DNA of 63,456 nucleotides, filler included, from Octopus bimaculoides (Eukaryota), in the NCBI RefSeq assembly GCF_001194135.2. It is 4 parts of 3 records of this genome, joined end to end, with 100 filler letters (N's around TTAATTAATTAA, not from the genome) between each part and the next. Parts side by side here need not be neighbours in the genome. Positions count along the whole stretch, not along the records: positions 1 to 20,158 come from NC_068981.1; positions 20,259 to 38,114 come from NC_068981.1; 2 more parts are not named here. One strand, given 5' to 3'. Within the stretch, counting starts at the first letter, position 1, and the number at the start of each line of letters is the position of its first letter. This document shows, one piece after another, positions 13,250-25,794 of this stretch. Made by a program: the position numbers and the translations under genes. The notes beneath the pieces are model-generated. The model ran no database searches and was not told the origin of the DNA. It was given only the letters and a program-made list of their open reading frames with translations.

Positions 13250-14196
13250 TAGTAACAATAATAATAATCCTTGGATGGAATTTATAAATATTTTAATGCA
13301 TCACTACACATGTCTCCACAAATCAAACGTCTCTTAAGATCACAGTCTGTATTCCTGGGATGATTACAGTGTAGTCCATAGTGCCCGTGGGTATTGAGTA
13401 GATCATCTTCATGGATTCATTTCTTCATACGATATAACATTAATGGACGTTTACCAGAGGGATATTTAACCCTTCTGCTTAGTGCGAAAGTTGGTTGAGT
13501 TATGTTGGTATTTCTGTGTGTATTTAGTGGGGAAGAGGGGAAGGTGATGGAAAGTGAGAAAGGAATGGTAGTTATATGGGGAAGTGGGTGTGTGTCGTGA
13601 TGTTGAACTTATTTTGCTATTCAATTTGCTTTGTTCATCACATTTAGGACATGACTATCTACAATGAGTTCTGAAGCAAACAGGTGAGCAGGTACAGCCA
13701 CTACAGCCATCAGCTGTTGAAATTTATTGTCTGAATTGATAAATGATAATTTAAAAGATATATTTTATATAGATATATGATGATTACAGTATTTTATATA
13801 ATTTTGTCACCGTTTATCATAGTTGTGCACAATATTAACACCTATTATCGGTTAACTCAGACCTTTCTGTTCATAGGCATAACTGTGTGGTTAAGAAGTT
13901 TGCTCCCCAACCTTCTGATTTTGGCTCCAGCTTCATCGGGAGACAAGTTAAGACAGTGCTTACTTCTGTTGCCCTGTCATTGGGAGGCATAAAAACCCTA
14001 GAGGGATAATGAATCTTCCTCTTTTTCTGCCACTTTTGCTCATGAGCAGTTTGACTTGTCAACTGACACAGCCAGTGAGGACTGTTAGCTTTTTTTTTGG
14101 GGGGGGGGAGCATTACTGCTACCGCATTGTGCAGCATTTCTTACTCTCTTCTGTTTCAGCATCAATCACATAAGATGTAACCACGTTTGTACATTA

Positions 14197-14960
14197 TCAT
14201 CATCATCGTCGTCGTTTAACGTCTGCTTTCCATGCTGACATGGGTTGGACAGTTTGACTGAGGGCTGGCAAGTCAGAAGGCTGCACCAATCTGATCTGAC
14301 AAAATTTCTACAGCTGGATGCCCTTCCTAACATCAACCACTTCGAGAGTGTAGAGGATGCTTTTTATGTGCTACTGGTATGAGGGCCAGTCAGGCAGTAC
14401 TTGAATGGTGCTTTTCACATGCCACTAGCATGGGAGTCAGTCAGCCGGCACTGGCATCAACCATGCTTGAATGGTGCTTTTTATATGCCACCAGCACGGG
14501 TGCCAATCAGGCGGTACTGTCATCGGCCATGACAATGACTTCACTTGACTCAACAGGTCTTCGCAAGCAAAGTCTATTGCCCAATGATTGAAGGGTACTC
14601 TTAAATGGGCTGGTCATGTTGCACTGGCACAGGCCATGGTTAAGGTCTCATTTGACTTGCTGGGTCTTCTCAAGCACAGCATATCTCCAAAGGTCTTGGT
14701 CACTTGTCATCGCTTCCATGTGGCCCAACGTTTGAAAGTCGTGCTTCACCACCTCATCCCAAGTCTTCCTAGTTTTACGTCTTCCACAGGTTCCCTCTAC
14801 TGCTAGGATGTGACACATTTTCACACAGCTGTCCTCATCCATACACAACACATGACCATACCAGTGCAATCGTCTCTCTTGCACACAACATCTGATGCTT
14901 CTAATGTCCAACTTTTCTTTCAGGGTGCTTACACTTTGTTGTGTATGCAAATTTCAATGC
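14197..14960 (-). mobile_element. RTE LINE 3' end plus family C tail
   Basis: Minus ORF 14648-14950 reads RRLHWYGHVLCMDEDSCVK...GRRKTRKTWDEVVKHD. It is followed by GGTGGCAxxTAAAAAGCACC units and a (GAT)n tail. Confidence 0.8.
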
Positions 14961-15334
14961 ACAACTGTTCTCTCAGCTCAAATGTGCTGTGCCTTTCATT
15001 CAAGTAAATATTGCACATCCAATCATTCATAACCAACTTATTGCTCCCTGGTATCTGTGTATATATTCCTGATACAATTGTCATACCAATTCTGTACTGC
15101 ATCATGTTCCTTGCATAAATGATATCCAGTCCATCATTTACACAATCCTTTCTTGTTGGATTATCTCCCAGAACCTGCTCTTACCTGCCAAGAAACTGTG
15201 CTGCTTCTGTGCAATTAGTCCACATGTATATGACTATGTAGGTACATGCAAGAAAAGTAACATATCATATTATATAAGTGGGAAGAGGGAAAGCTACTGA
15301 ATGAGTGTTTGGGTTTGTTGTTTTTGTTGTTGTA

Positions 15335-16180
15335 TGAGGGTAGACTGTAAAGTTCATAGGCTAACTATGAAGGAATGATGCTAGAGCTGTGAAATCTCGC
15401 ATGCACTAATTCCAGCCCTTCATATTAATAAATGCATTGTTTTTTTCCAGGTAAACTCACATCTGACTGCTCAAAGGAGACTTCAAAAGTAACTAGTATC
15501 AACTTCTTTTGAAAACAGACAAAATTTGGCATTGTGATGTTATCAAGTGCTTGCAGAAAAAGAGTTTAGCACTTAACAACATTCATGCTGATATAGTTGC
15601 TACATTAGGGGTGATGCTCCACCTTTATCAATTGTGCAAAACTGGGCAGCTAAATTTAGGAGGGTAAGGGTAAGTTTTAAAGATAACCCAAGAGCTGGAT
15701 GTCCTGCAACTACCCCAACCAAGAAAAACATGGATCAAGTTCACCACATGCTGGTGGATGACAGGCGTTTGACTATAAATCAAACAGCTAATGCTATTAG
15801 TATATCCCATGAGAGAGTTCAGAATATTCTGCACAACAAGCTTGGCATAATGAATGTTTCTGTTTAGTGGGTGCCTTGTCTTCTGATATCTGATTAAAAG
15901 TGCACATCACAGAAAAATCTGACATTGTTTGAGAGGCAGATCCAGCTGGTTTCTTTGAATGTTTTCAAAGTCAGAATAAGGGTTGGCTTCATCACTTTGA
16001 GTCAGAGACAAAGAGATAATCCATGCAGTTTAAACACCCTTCCTCACTTGCTCCAAAGATGGCCAAGATTGTTTCATCTGCAGAGAAGGCATTGTGTTTA
16101 TTGGCTGTCTTCAAAAGGGCCACGCCATCAATGGAGAGTACTCTACCAACTTGCTGAAGCAGTTACAGAAGGCTATGAAG
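15335..16180 (+). mobile_element. Mariner-like transposon remnant
   Basis: Starts TA|TGAGGG (CGAGGG-type mariner end). Frame 15634-15867 reads NWAAKFRR...DNPRAGCP...DDRRLTINQ...ERVQNILHNKLG, followed by a stop and WVP. Confidence 0.75.
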
Positions 16181-16314
16181 GTGGGAGAGAGTAGGAAAGA
16201 AATGACAGTGCAGAAACAGGGCTGGGGAAGAACAGCAGAATAATAATAATGGTATAGTAGACAGGAGAAGGACAAGGGAAGGAGATACATAGATAGGTAG
16301 AGAGAGAGAGAGAG

Positions 16315-16380
<66 letters not shown>

Positions 16381-16815
16381 GGAAAGAGATGAGATATGGC
16401 TGAGAGGGATCAATGTAAAAAGTGAATGGAGAGGACAGTATCAAGAATGATAGCGAGTGAAATAGTTTCAAGTAGAAAGAAAGGTAAGTGATTCGAGGGA
16501 AAAGCTGATGAATTCAGGGTATTTAATTACAGCAGAAGAATACTGCAGTTAGAGAGATGATGGATGGTGAGAATGTCCAGGAGATTGTCCAGTTGTGAAT
16601 ATATTCACATAATGCTTCCAGAATATCCAAGGTGGATGAGTTTTGATGATGTATCAAATTATTATTATTATTATTATTATTATTATCCTGCCGAGATTGA
16701 CTTTGCCTTTCATCTTTTTGGGGAAATGAATTAAGTACCAGTCAAATACTGGGGTCGATGTGATCAACTATTCCCCTTCCCACAAATTCCAGGCCTTGTG
16801 CCTATAGTAGAAAGG

Positions 16816-16865
<50 letters not shown>

Positions 16866-16867
16866 GA

Positions 16868-17178
16868 TATGTGAAGCTTACGACCGTGAGGTTGTAAGTT
16901 CAAATCCCAAACCGGGCTGCGTGTTGTGTTCTTGAGCAAGACACCTTATTTCACGTTGGTCCAGTTCACTCAGCTGTAGAAATAAGTTGCAATGTCACTG
17001 GTGTGAAGCTGTATCGGCCTTTGCCTTTGCCTTGGATAACACTAGTGGCATGGAGAGGGAAGGCCGGTATGCATGGGCGACTGCTAGTCTTCTATAAACA
17101 ACCTTGCCTGGACTTGTACCTCGGAGGGTAACTTTCTAGGTGCAATCCCATGATCAGTCATGACCGAAGAGGGTCTCA
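16868..17178 (+). mobile_element. SINE family E
   Basis: B-box-like AAGTTCAAATCCC, central TTCTTGAGCAAGACAC..TTTCACGTT..CCAGTTCACTCAGCTGTA, and an RTE-like tail CCCATGATCAGTCATGACCGAAG. Confidence 0.75.
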
Positions 17179-17204
17179 GAGATTATTATTATTATTATTA
17201 TTAT

Positions 17205-17417
17205 GGTGGTGAACTGGCAGAATCTTTAGCATGCTAGGCAAAATGCTTAGCATCATTTCCTCCATCTTTACATTCTGAGTTCAAATTCCACCAGGGTCGA
17301 CTTTGCTTTTCATCCTTTCGGGGTCGATAAATTAAGAACCAGTGAAACACTGGGGTCAATGTAATAGACTAGCCCCACTCCCCTCAAATTTCAGGCCTTG
17401 TGCCTATAGTAGAAAGG
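17205..17417 (+). mobile_element. SINE family B
   Basis: Head CTGGCAGAATC, B-box GAGTTCAAATTCC, core GTCGACTTTGCTTTTCATCCTTTCGGGGTCGATAAATTAAG, tail GTAGAAAGG(ATT)n. Confidence 0.8.
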
Positions 17418-17624
<207 letters not shown>

Positions 17625-18486
17625 GCAGCAAGCTGGCAGAATCGATAGCACACCAGGCAAAATGCTTAGTGGTATTTTGTCCATTTTCATGTTCTGAGTT
17701 CAAATTTCTACAAGGTCAACTTTGTCTTTTATTCTTTCAGTGTTGGTAAAATATGTACCTAAATCTTTAGTTCAATGAATACTAACCCAGAATTTAAATT
17801 AGTTATAACAGGTTAATTGATAGAGAACATAGTGTAGAATGAGTTCAATCTCTGGCAGTTAAAAATAGATAAATAAGCAAATAAATACATAAATAAACGA
17901 ATAAGTGAATAAATAATACATAAATGAATAAAAAGGCAGTTTTATTTTATAAAGAACCAAGTTATTGCAATGTAGGTCAGTTGAAACAGTAGATATCAGT
18001 GTCATGTTTTTATTTTTACAGATGAAATCAATACTTTATTCGGATGATGTTTTCTGCTGTCACTTAGGGAAAAGAATTCCCCAAATTGGTAAGTAGGAGT
18101 GAATTAACTTTGTTCATAAATCAAGAAAGCAGCATCAATGATAAATATAAAATAGCTGCAGTAATGTTGATGCTTTTTTTTTTTTTTTTTTTTTTTTTTT
18201 ATTTTTTTTTTTTAGAAGGTTTGTATTTGCAAAGGAACAGCACATGGCAAAACCTCACCAACTCAATTAACAAAAGAGGAGATAGATATGTATGGTCTGT
18301 AAAGAAAAGTGAGTTCAAAGGTTCAAAATAAGGAAAATATGACGTCCTTATTTTTCGTAGACATCATTGCCCTTGTCTTTAGTCTCTCCTCTTCAGTCTG
18401 GAAACCTTAGCACCTACGGAGGGAAACTTTTGTTACATGAACTATAATTGGTTCTATATACATGAACTATATGTGATTATATGTTG

Positions 18487-18700
18487 ATTTCAAATTTTGG
18501 TACAAGGCTAGCAATTTTGGGTGAAGTGGTAAGTTGATTATATTGACCCCAGTGCTCAACTGGTACTTATTTTATCAACCCTGAAAGGATGAAAAGCAAA
18601 GTTGACCTCAGCAGAATTTGAACTCAGCACATAAAGATGGACAAAATGCCACAAAGCATTTTGCCCATGTGATAATGATTCTGCCTGCTCACTGCCTTTA
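18487..18700 (-). mobile_element. SINE family B
   Basis: Reverse complement of the core (GGATGAAAAGCAAAGTTGACC, GAATTTGAACTCAG). Confidence 0.7.
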
Positions 18701-18762
18701 CATGTAATTCTATATTTTAAGAACATTTTGTGATCCTTTATCATAAACTATGATTGATTCTA

Positions 18763-19271
18763 CAGGGTGTTCAGGTTAACTCTGACAGTTTGCATAATAG
18801 GGAAAGAAAACACAATACCTCATCTAAAAATGAAGTATCTTTAAAAAAATCAAAAAATGTCAAATAGAGTATGGCTGGGAGAAAAAGTTTTCTTAAAGTA
18901 GCTGCATTCAGCTTCCACTATGGCCTCAAGACGACTTAGTAACCTGATACAAGCATCCCTCACTGTAATCTTGAGCAAGGTCATTGCCAATGCCGCTGGA
19001 CTGGCTCCTGTGCAGGTGGCACATAAAATACACTATTTTGAGCGTGGCATGTGAAAGCACCCACTACACTATCGGAGTGGTTGGCGTTAGGAAGGGCATC
19101 CAGCTGTAGAAACTCTGCCAAATCAGATTGGAGCCTGGTGTAGCCATCTGGTTCGCCAGTCCCCAGTCAAATCGTCCAACCCATGCTAGCATGGAAAGCG
19201 GACATTAAACAATGATGATGATGATGATGATGATGATGACATAATTTAGACAACAATTTATTCACCGCACC

Positions 19272-19274
<3 letters not shown>
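18763..19274 (-). mobile_element. Internally deleted Tc1/mariner-superfamily remnant with nested family C repeat
   Basis: Ends TA|CAGGGTG and CACCCTG|TA. Minus frame reads TVRDACIRLLSRLEAIVEAECSYF, similar to a transposase C-terminus. TIR similarity is limited to about 9 bp. Confidence 0.5.
18985..19240 (+). mobile_element. Young family C repeat
   Basis: Near-identical to 37255-37540, CpG retained, (GAT)n tail. Confidence 0.85.
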
Positions 19275-19344
<70 letters not shown>

Positions 19345-19807
19345 CACTGTACTCTTGCTTATTCATGATTTGGCATCTGCAGTCCCAGTTATTCGTAGAA
19401 CTAATAATTGCTCGCGGAATTGTAAATATTGTCCGCAATTTTTTATGGCATTTTTTATGGCAATATATACTTTTTCACACTTTTTAAGGCTAAACCTAAT
19501 AAAAATATGTCATATTTGCCAGTTTACTGGATGCCCCTTCACTGCTGAAGGTCCCTCTGATTAGAATAGTCTTGCATCACATCGCTTGATTTTTTTTTTA
19601 GATACAAGTACACTGTATCTTATATCTCTTATTCCTGCTTTCACTCAAAGCTTGCTAATTAGTATAGCAACTACCAGCGCTTTTTTTAAATATTATCGCT
19701 ACATTTGATCATACACATTTCAACAGGATAATTCTTAAGGTCGTGAGCCAATACAGCCTCATTGAAATTAGGTTACTTGCTGGTCCCCCTCTCTTTCTCT
19801 CTCTCTC

Positions 19808-20158
19808 TTATTATTATTATTCAGTAGTTTTATTTTTATAACGTGCTTTCACTTCACTACCGAGCGCAGCTCTGTGCGCCTTGGGTATGTGCTGTGGTTT
19901 GCTGTGGTGCTCTTATGTTTACTGTATTGAAAGTGTTTTGCGTAGAATGTGTGCAGTGCCCAGTAGTGCAATTTTCTGTATGTTATATATATTTGTAAGT
20001 CCTGCTATTTTTGTTATGTATTTGTCTGAATATTTTTTTATTATACCTAAGGCACCTACTATGATAGGAATTGTTTCTGTTTTTAGATTCCACATTCGAG
20101 TTATCTCTATTTCCAGGTCTTTGTATTTTGAAAGTTTTTCCATTTCTTTTAGAGAAAC
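19808..20158 (-). mobile_element. 3' end of an R4/Dong-like non-LTR retrotransposon (restriction-like endonuclease C-terminus)
   Basis: Minus ORF reads EKLSKYKDLEIEITRMW...IIVGALG...ALLGTAHILRKTL. A short 3' UTR ends in a (TAA)n tail. Confidence 0.8.
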
Positions 20159-20258
20159 NNNNNNNNNNNNNNNNNNNNNNNNNNNNNNNNNNNNNNNNNN
20201 NNTTAATTAATTAANNNNNNNNNNNNNNNNNNNNNNNNNNNNNNNNNNNNNNNNNNNN
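20159..20258. other. Artificial scaffold spacer N44-TTAATTAATTAA-N44
   Basis: Exactly 100 bp, with the same design at 38115 and 58050. TTAATTAATTAA gives stops in all six frames. Confidence 0.95.
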
Positions 20259-20570
20259 GAAATTAACGTGCCAGTGGCTGAGCACTCCACAGACACGTGT
20301 ACTCTTAACGTAGTTCTCGGGGATATTCAGCGTGACACCGTGTGACAAGGCTGACCCTTTGAAATACAGGCACAACAGAAACAGCAAGTAAGAGTGAGAG
20401 AAAGTCGTGGTGAAAGAATACAGCAGGGCTCGCCGCAATCCTATTCCGGAGCCTCGTGGAGCTTTAGGTGTTTTCGCTCAATAAACACTCACAACGCCCA
20501 GTCTGGGAATCGAAACCGCGATCCTATGACTGCGAGTCCGCTGCCCTAACCACTGGGCCATTGCGCCTCC
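20259..20570 (-). mobile_element. tRNA-derived SINE (family D)
   Basis: Minus head GGAGGCGCAATGGCCCAGTGGTTAGGGCAGCGGACTCGC...GGTTTCGATTCCC has A and B boxes. It continues into a non-tRNA body, so it is not a tRNA gene. Confidence 0.8.
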
Positions 20571-20659
20571 AAAATAGAGAGTAGACACACTGGAAACCCA
20601 TAGTATTGCTCAATTGTTTTAAAGGTGCTTTGTTTTGATAATTCACATTTAAAGACATA

Positions 20660-20950
20660 ACAAAGAGTCTAAGTTAATGTCACTTTCTTCTAGCTTGTAG
20701 TTCAACACTTCTTATGGCATCAGCAGACAAAATGGAAAAAGGGTTGACTCGGAGGATAACAAGGGAAATGTACTGGAATAGCCACTCTGACTCAAGGGGC
20801 TCATACCTGCGGACAGCAATCTCCGTTCCGATGGCCGTTAGCAGGGGGTCAAGAACGCTGGATGTCTCAACTATCCCAGACTCGATCATAAATCTGTCGG
20901 AGAGCGATTGATATATTGACACATTGTTTTCTTATAATATTGTTCATTTT
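20660..20950 (-). mobile_element. 3' end of a CRE-like (RLE-type) non-LTR retrotransposon
   Basis: Minus ORF reads YQSLSDRFMIESGIVETSSVL...RRYEPLESEWLFQYISLVILRVNPFSIL. This resembles the KY..L...F.P.AVET.G..G / LFQRISLAI.RGNA C-terminus of CRE-clade elements. Confidence 0.6.
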
Positions 20951-21452
20951 GTTATACGTCGTTTTTCACATCGAATAAGGCTTCCTTCTTTGTCGGTGTT
21001 TTTGTGAAACTACAGCTGTTTAACATATCTATTCACACATTTCTTTTAACTGTGACACCCCGTTCTTAGTATACTTCCGTTCGTCGCTCGTCTTTACGTT
21101 CTGAGTTCAAATTCCGCCTACAGTAGGAAGGATTATACTTCCGTTCCTTGTCTCTCACACTCGTTATTGTCTGAAAAGACATGTCTCGACTGTTATTTAC
21201 AGTCTTGTCAAAACACTGAGTTTAAAAGCGGCTAGCTGGTAGAATCGCTACGGCGGTGGACAAAATCCCTACTCGTTGCGTGCTGAGTTCAACGTCCGCC
21301 GAAGCCGATTTTTGCATTTCATTCTTTCACGATTGATAAAATCAGTCACAGACTGGAGTCGATGTAATAGATCACTTCTCTTCATAAAGTTCCAGTCTTT
21401 GTATCAATAGAAGAAATAATTAAAACAATGAGAAATGTATTATAAATGTATT

Positions 21453-21700
21453 TTTTTATATGTTCCAGCCATTTGACCGCGTCCATATTGGTCGCCACTT
21501 TGAAAGGTTTTACTCGAACAAATCAACCGCCATGACTTTTTCAGTTTTAGTTCATATCCTAGCGATGCCATATGCCGAACCGTTAAGTTGGAGACGTAAA
21601 CACAACACTGGTTGTAAAGCGGTGATGGGGGACAGACACAAACAATAGATACACACGCACACAAACACACATGCAAACACATCCACACATACACATATAT
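21453..21700 (-). mobile_element. SINE family A, 3' half, diverged
   Basis: Reverse complement of the family A 3' body, head-to-head with the copy at 21721. Confidence 0.65.
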
Positions 21701-21720
21701 ACACACACATATATATATAT

Positions 21721-22129
21721 AAGCGCAGGAGTGGCTGTGTGGTAAATAGCTGCTTACCAACCACATGGTTCCGGGTTCAGTCCCACGGCGTGTCATCTTG
21801 GGCAAGTGTCTTCTGCTATAGCCTCGGGCCGACCAAAGCCTTGTGAGTGGATTTGGTAGACAAAAACTGAAAGAAGCCTGTCGTATATATGTATATATAT
21901 ACATATATATGTGTGTGTGTGTTTGTGTGTCTGTGTTTGTCCCCCCAACATCACTTGAAAACAGATGCTTGTGTGTTTACGTTCCCGTAACTTAGCGGTT
22001 CGGCAAAAGAGACCGATAGAATAAGTACTAGGCTTACAAAGAATAAGTCTTGGGGTCGATGTGCTCGACTAAAGGCGGTGGTCCAGCATGGCCGCAGTCA
22101 AATGACTGAAACAAGTAAGAGTAAAAGAG
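21721..22129 (+). mobile_element. SINE family A, near-consensus full-length copy
   Basis: A-box-like TGGCTGTGTGG, B-box-like GGTTCAGTCCC, central CTTGGGCAAGTGTCTTC...GTGAGTGGATTTGGTAGAC, internal (TA)/(TG) microsatellite, and (GTAAAAGA) tail. Confidence 0.9.
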
Positions 22130-22139
22130 TGTATGTGCG

Positions 22140-22204
<65 letters not shown>

Positions 22205-22724
22205 TTTTTTTTCTACGAGGCTCGGTCTGTCTATTAGTATGTGTGTGGTCTCTGTAATCAGTCCAACCCTCAAAAGACAACACGAATGGAACAATAACAC
22301 CCACACCACCACATTACGCAACAAGACCTCTACAGACTACAGAATGGGGAAAGATATAAACAATATAATACATAAATCCATATACATATACATACGAAAG
22401 AAACATACACGCACATATACCTGAGACGAAATGGGAAGGAAAAAAAAGAGAAAAAATAGAGATAAATAAGTAAATAAATGAAAAAAAAAGCAGTCAGAAC
22501 TATACAAAAGGCACGGATACAAACAATATAGAAAGCAAACACACACACACAAAACACACATACCAAACATATAGACAAGAGTACACACACGCATAATGCA
22601 CATACACAGAGATACAGACGTAAACGCATGCGCGAATAAGTATTCACACCATAGAGAGACAAAATGGGACTAAAAATATTTTTCTGTCGTCCAAGATTCT
22701 ATCCTGTTTTATCACTTATCTTAT

Positions 22725-23166
22725 ATCTTTAACTTGTTTCAGCCAGTAGGTTGCGGCCATACTGGGGCAACATGTTGAAGAATTTTAGTCAACGGATCGA
22801 TTCCCAATACATTTAAAAAAATTTAATGCTGGTATGTATTCTATCGGAATCGTTTACCGAACCACTAAGTTACGGGTACATAAACACATCAACGCCAGTT
22901 GTCAAGCGTTTGTAGGGGACAAACACACACACCGCACACCCACACATACACATGCACACACACACACGCACACACACACATACACATACATACACATACA
23001 CATATACAGATACACGCTTACCTACTGATGCACACATACTTACGCACATAGACGACGAGCGTCTTTCAGTCTCCGTGTACCAAATCCACTCACAAGGCTT
23101 GGGTGGGTTTAACTCTATAGCTGAAGACGCTAGCGGCAGGTGTCACGCAGTGGGACTGAACCCAGA
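22725..23166 (-). mobile_element. SINE family A, diverged
   Basis: Reverse complement of body motifs (ACCAAATCCACTCACAAGGCTT, ACGCAGTGGGACTGAACCC). Confidence 0.75.
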
Positions 23167-23484
23167 ATTACTCCCCGTTCAGATTTGTCTTGCTTGTATC
23201 TTTAGTGTCAAATCTAGTTCAATGTAAAATACCAACCAACTTGAGTGCTCGATACAAGAGTCTGCTCAGTGCAGTCACTGGCAGTATGTTTTCTTTACCG
23301 CTTAAAATACCCCCAGGCAAAAGCAGACATTCACCATTGACCGACGAGGATTAAACTTGTTCAACATTTCCTGTTTGTTCTGATATTGCACAGATAAATT
23401 CAAACTTTTGTATCATAGGAGAGTATATCAGCTAGTAAGCGTCTCACAGGAATATCATTTGCTAACACACGCACAACATTATAT

Positions 23485-23680
23485 CTCGTTACTACTGGAC
23501 GAAATGCTTAGCGGTATTTCGCTCGTCGCTATGTTCTGGTTTCAAATTCCGCCGAGGTCGACTTTGCTTTTCATCCTTTCAGGGTCGATAAATTAAGTAC
23601 CAGTTGAGAACTGGGGTCGATGTAATTTACTATCCCCCTCCCCAATATTTCAGGCCTTGTGCCTAAAATAGAAAGGATTA
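23485..23680 (+). mobile_element. SINE family B (5'-truncated)
   Basis: AAATGCTTAGCGGTATTTCG...TTCAAATTCCGCCGAGGTCGACTTTGC core. Confidence 0.75.
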
Positions 23681-23768
23681 TATCTCGTTTCCAGCAAACA
23701 CGCAGAATGATAAACCGTTACCGCACTGCGTTAACTTCTATTATATATTTGAGTAATTTTGTATGCAT

Positions 23769-23933
23769 GGCGCAGGAGTGGCTGTGTGGTAAGTAGCTTG
23801 CTTGCCAACCACATGGTTCTGGGTTCATTCCCACTGCGTGGCACCTTGGTCAAGTGTCATCTACTATAGCCTCGGGCCGACCAATGCCTTGTGAGTGGAT
23901 TTGGTAGACGGAAACTGAAAGAAGCCCGTCGTA

Positions 23934-23975
<42 letters not shown>

Positions 23976-24185
23976 TGTGTGTCTGAGTCTGTCTCCCCCC
24001 CAACATCGCTTGACAACCGATGCTGGTGTGTTTACGTCCCCGTAACTTGGCGGTTCGGCAAAAGATATCGATAGAATAAGTACTAGGCTTCCAAAGAATA
24101 AGTCCTGGGGTCGATTTGCTCGACTAAAAGGCGGTGCTCCAGCATGGCCGCAGTCAAATGACTGAAACAAGTAAAAAAGTAAATA
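23769..24185 (+). mobile_element. SINE family A, near-consensus full-length copy
   Basis: Almost identical to 21721-22129. Confidence 0.9.
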
Positions 24186-25105
24186 GTACATTTGTCTATC
24201 CTCACCCACGTTTTCGTATTACCCATCTCCGATGCCACCACTGTACTAAATTCAGGTGCTTTTCAGTTCCATCGCCCTTCTTGTTTCTTTTTCCAAGCGT
24301 CACCACTTCCAGTTTTTCTCTTTCCGTTCCTTCTCGCTTCATATTCAACATTATCTCTCACCTTGCCTTTTTCTCCTCTTGTTTCGCCATTCCCCCACCA
24401 CCCCCAGTTTCTCTATAATCAAATCTGTTTATTTTCCTTCATTTGTTCCTTCTGTCTTTGTCATGTACTTTACCTTTTCTTTATCTCACTTCCATTCTCA
24501 TACTATCTGTTTCACTTCTATTTTCTCCTTTATTACAATTTTTTGATCTACTGAACTCTAATTGTTTGTTATCCTAACACCTGTCTTCGGCTTTTGTTGT
24601 TCTATAAATTTCAACTATATATTATACGCTCACGTGGTTACCCTACTTTGATCCAGACTGAACTTCCTACCCTCTTGGACTTGCATATCTGAACCACTTC
24701 CCGAACTTTCAGCACCTCTCCTCATCCACATACCAGAAATCCACCCGGTTACCATTGGATCTTCATACTCTTTTGGACTATACCTTCTCAGATTTCACCG
24801 ACTATTTTCGTTGATGTAAAGCGCTCTAATCTACCATGACATTTGAACTTTCTGAACTTACTGAACTTTTATCATATTATTACTTTGACATTCTCTCTCT
24901 CCTTTTAAACTTCTTTTTTTTTTTTGATCTACTGAACTCTACCCGTTTCATTTCATTCTCTCTCTCTATTTATTTATTCGTATTCCTTTCTGCTGAAGAG
25001 CGTAGACTCGAAACATAAAAAAGACTTTTCCATTTTGCCCGAGCGCTAAACTAATACACTTGTTCCTACACCTGTGTTCCACTTTTGTCTTTTTATAAAT
25101 TTCGA
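24186..25105 (+). mobile_element. Probable Penelope-like element terminal-repeat fragment with decayed minimal hammerhead core
   Basis: Pyrimidine-rich repeat-like DNA containing CTGAAGAGCGTAGACTCGAAACATA (24993-25017). No protein motif is visible, so the assignment relies on the ribozyme-like core. Confidence 0.45.
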
Positions 25106-25135
25106 CTATACACACACACGCACACACACACACGC

Positions 25136-25189
<54 letters not shown>

Positions 25190-25278
25190 NNNNNNNNNNN
25201 NNNNNNNNNNNNNNNNNNNNNNNNNNNNNNNNNNNNNNNNNNNNNNNNNNNNNNNNNNNNNNNNNNNNNNNNNNNNNN

Positions 25279-25331
<53 letters not shown>

Positions 25332-25718
25332 CAAATCTACTAGTTAACATGGGATATGTTGACCAAAATGTAACCTTCATTTGACTAAGATATCTTTGGC
25401 CTGATGAACAGCTAGCGGAGTACACCTCGTTGAGTTATTACTATTTCCGAAGTTCTGCTAGTTAAGAAACATTTGTAGCCTGGATTTTCCCAACTCCATT
25501 CTGTAAATTTGGATTTTTATTCGCATACATAGCAACCCCAGTTGCTGACCGTGAACTATGAAATAACTTTTTTCAAATTATTGAACTTCGATATAGTAAC
25601 CTTCTGAATCAATAAACCGCTACCGTTCCTGAAAGTTGCTTTTTTATACCTTGTACGGACTACTCGAACTTACTAACTTCGTATACCTGGATACTTGAAA
25701 TTCATCTTCACATATAAT

Positions 25719-25794
<76 letters not shown>

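Noticed and set aside
13640-13720. Hammerhead on the minus strand
   Set aside because: The core is broken (CTGATGG, GAA only) and there is no helix I pairing.
20490-20570. tRNA gene
   Set aside because: A and B boxes are present, but there is no acceptor-stem closure and the sequence runs into a SINE body. The same applies to family A and B heads.
21170-21195. Hammerhead-like CTGAAAAGACATGTCTCGAC
   Set aside because: G8 and the GAAA segment are missing, so it is too degenerate to support.
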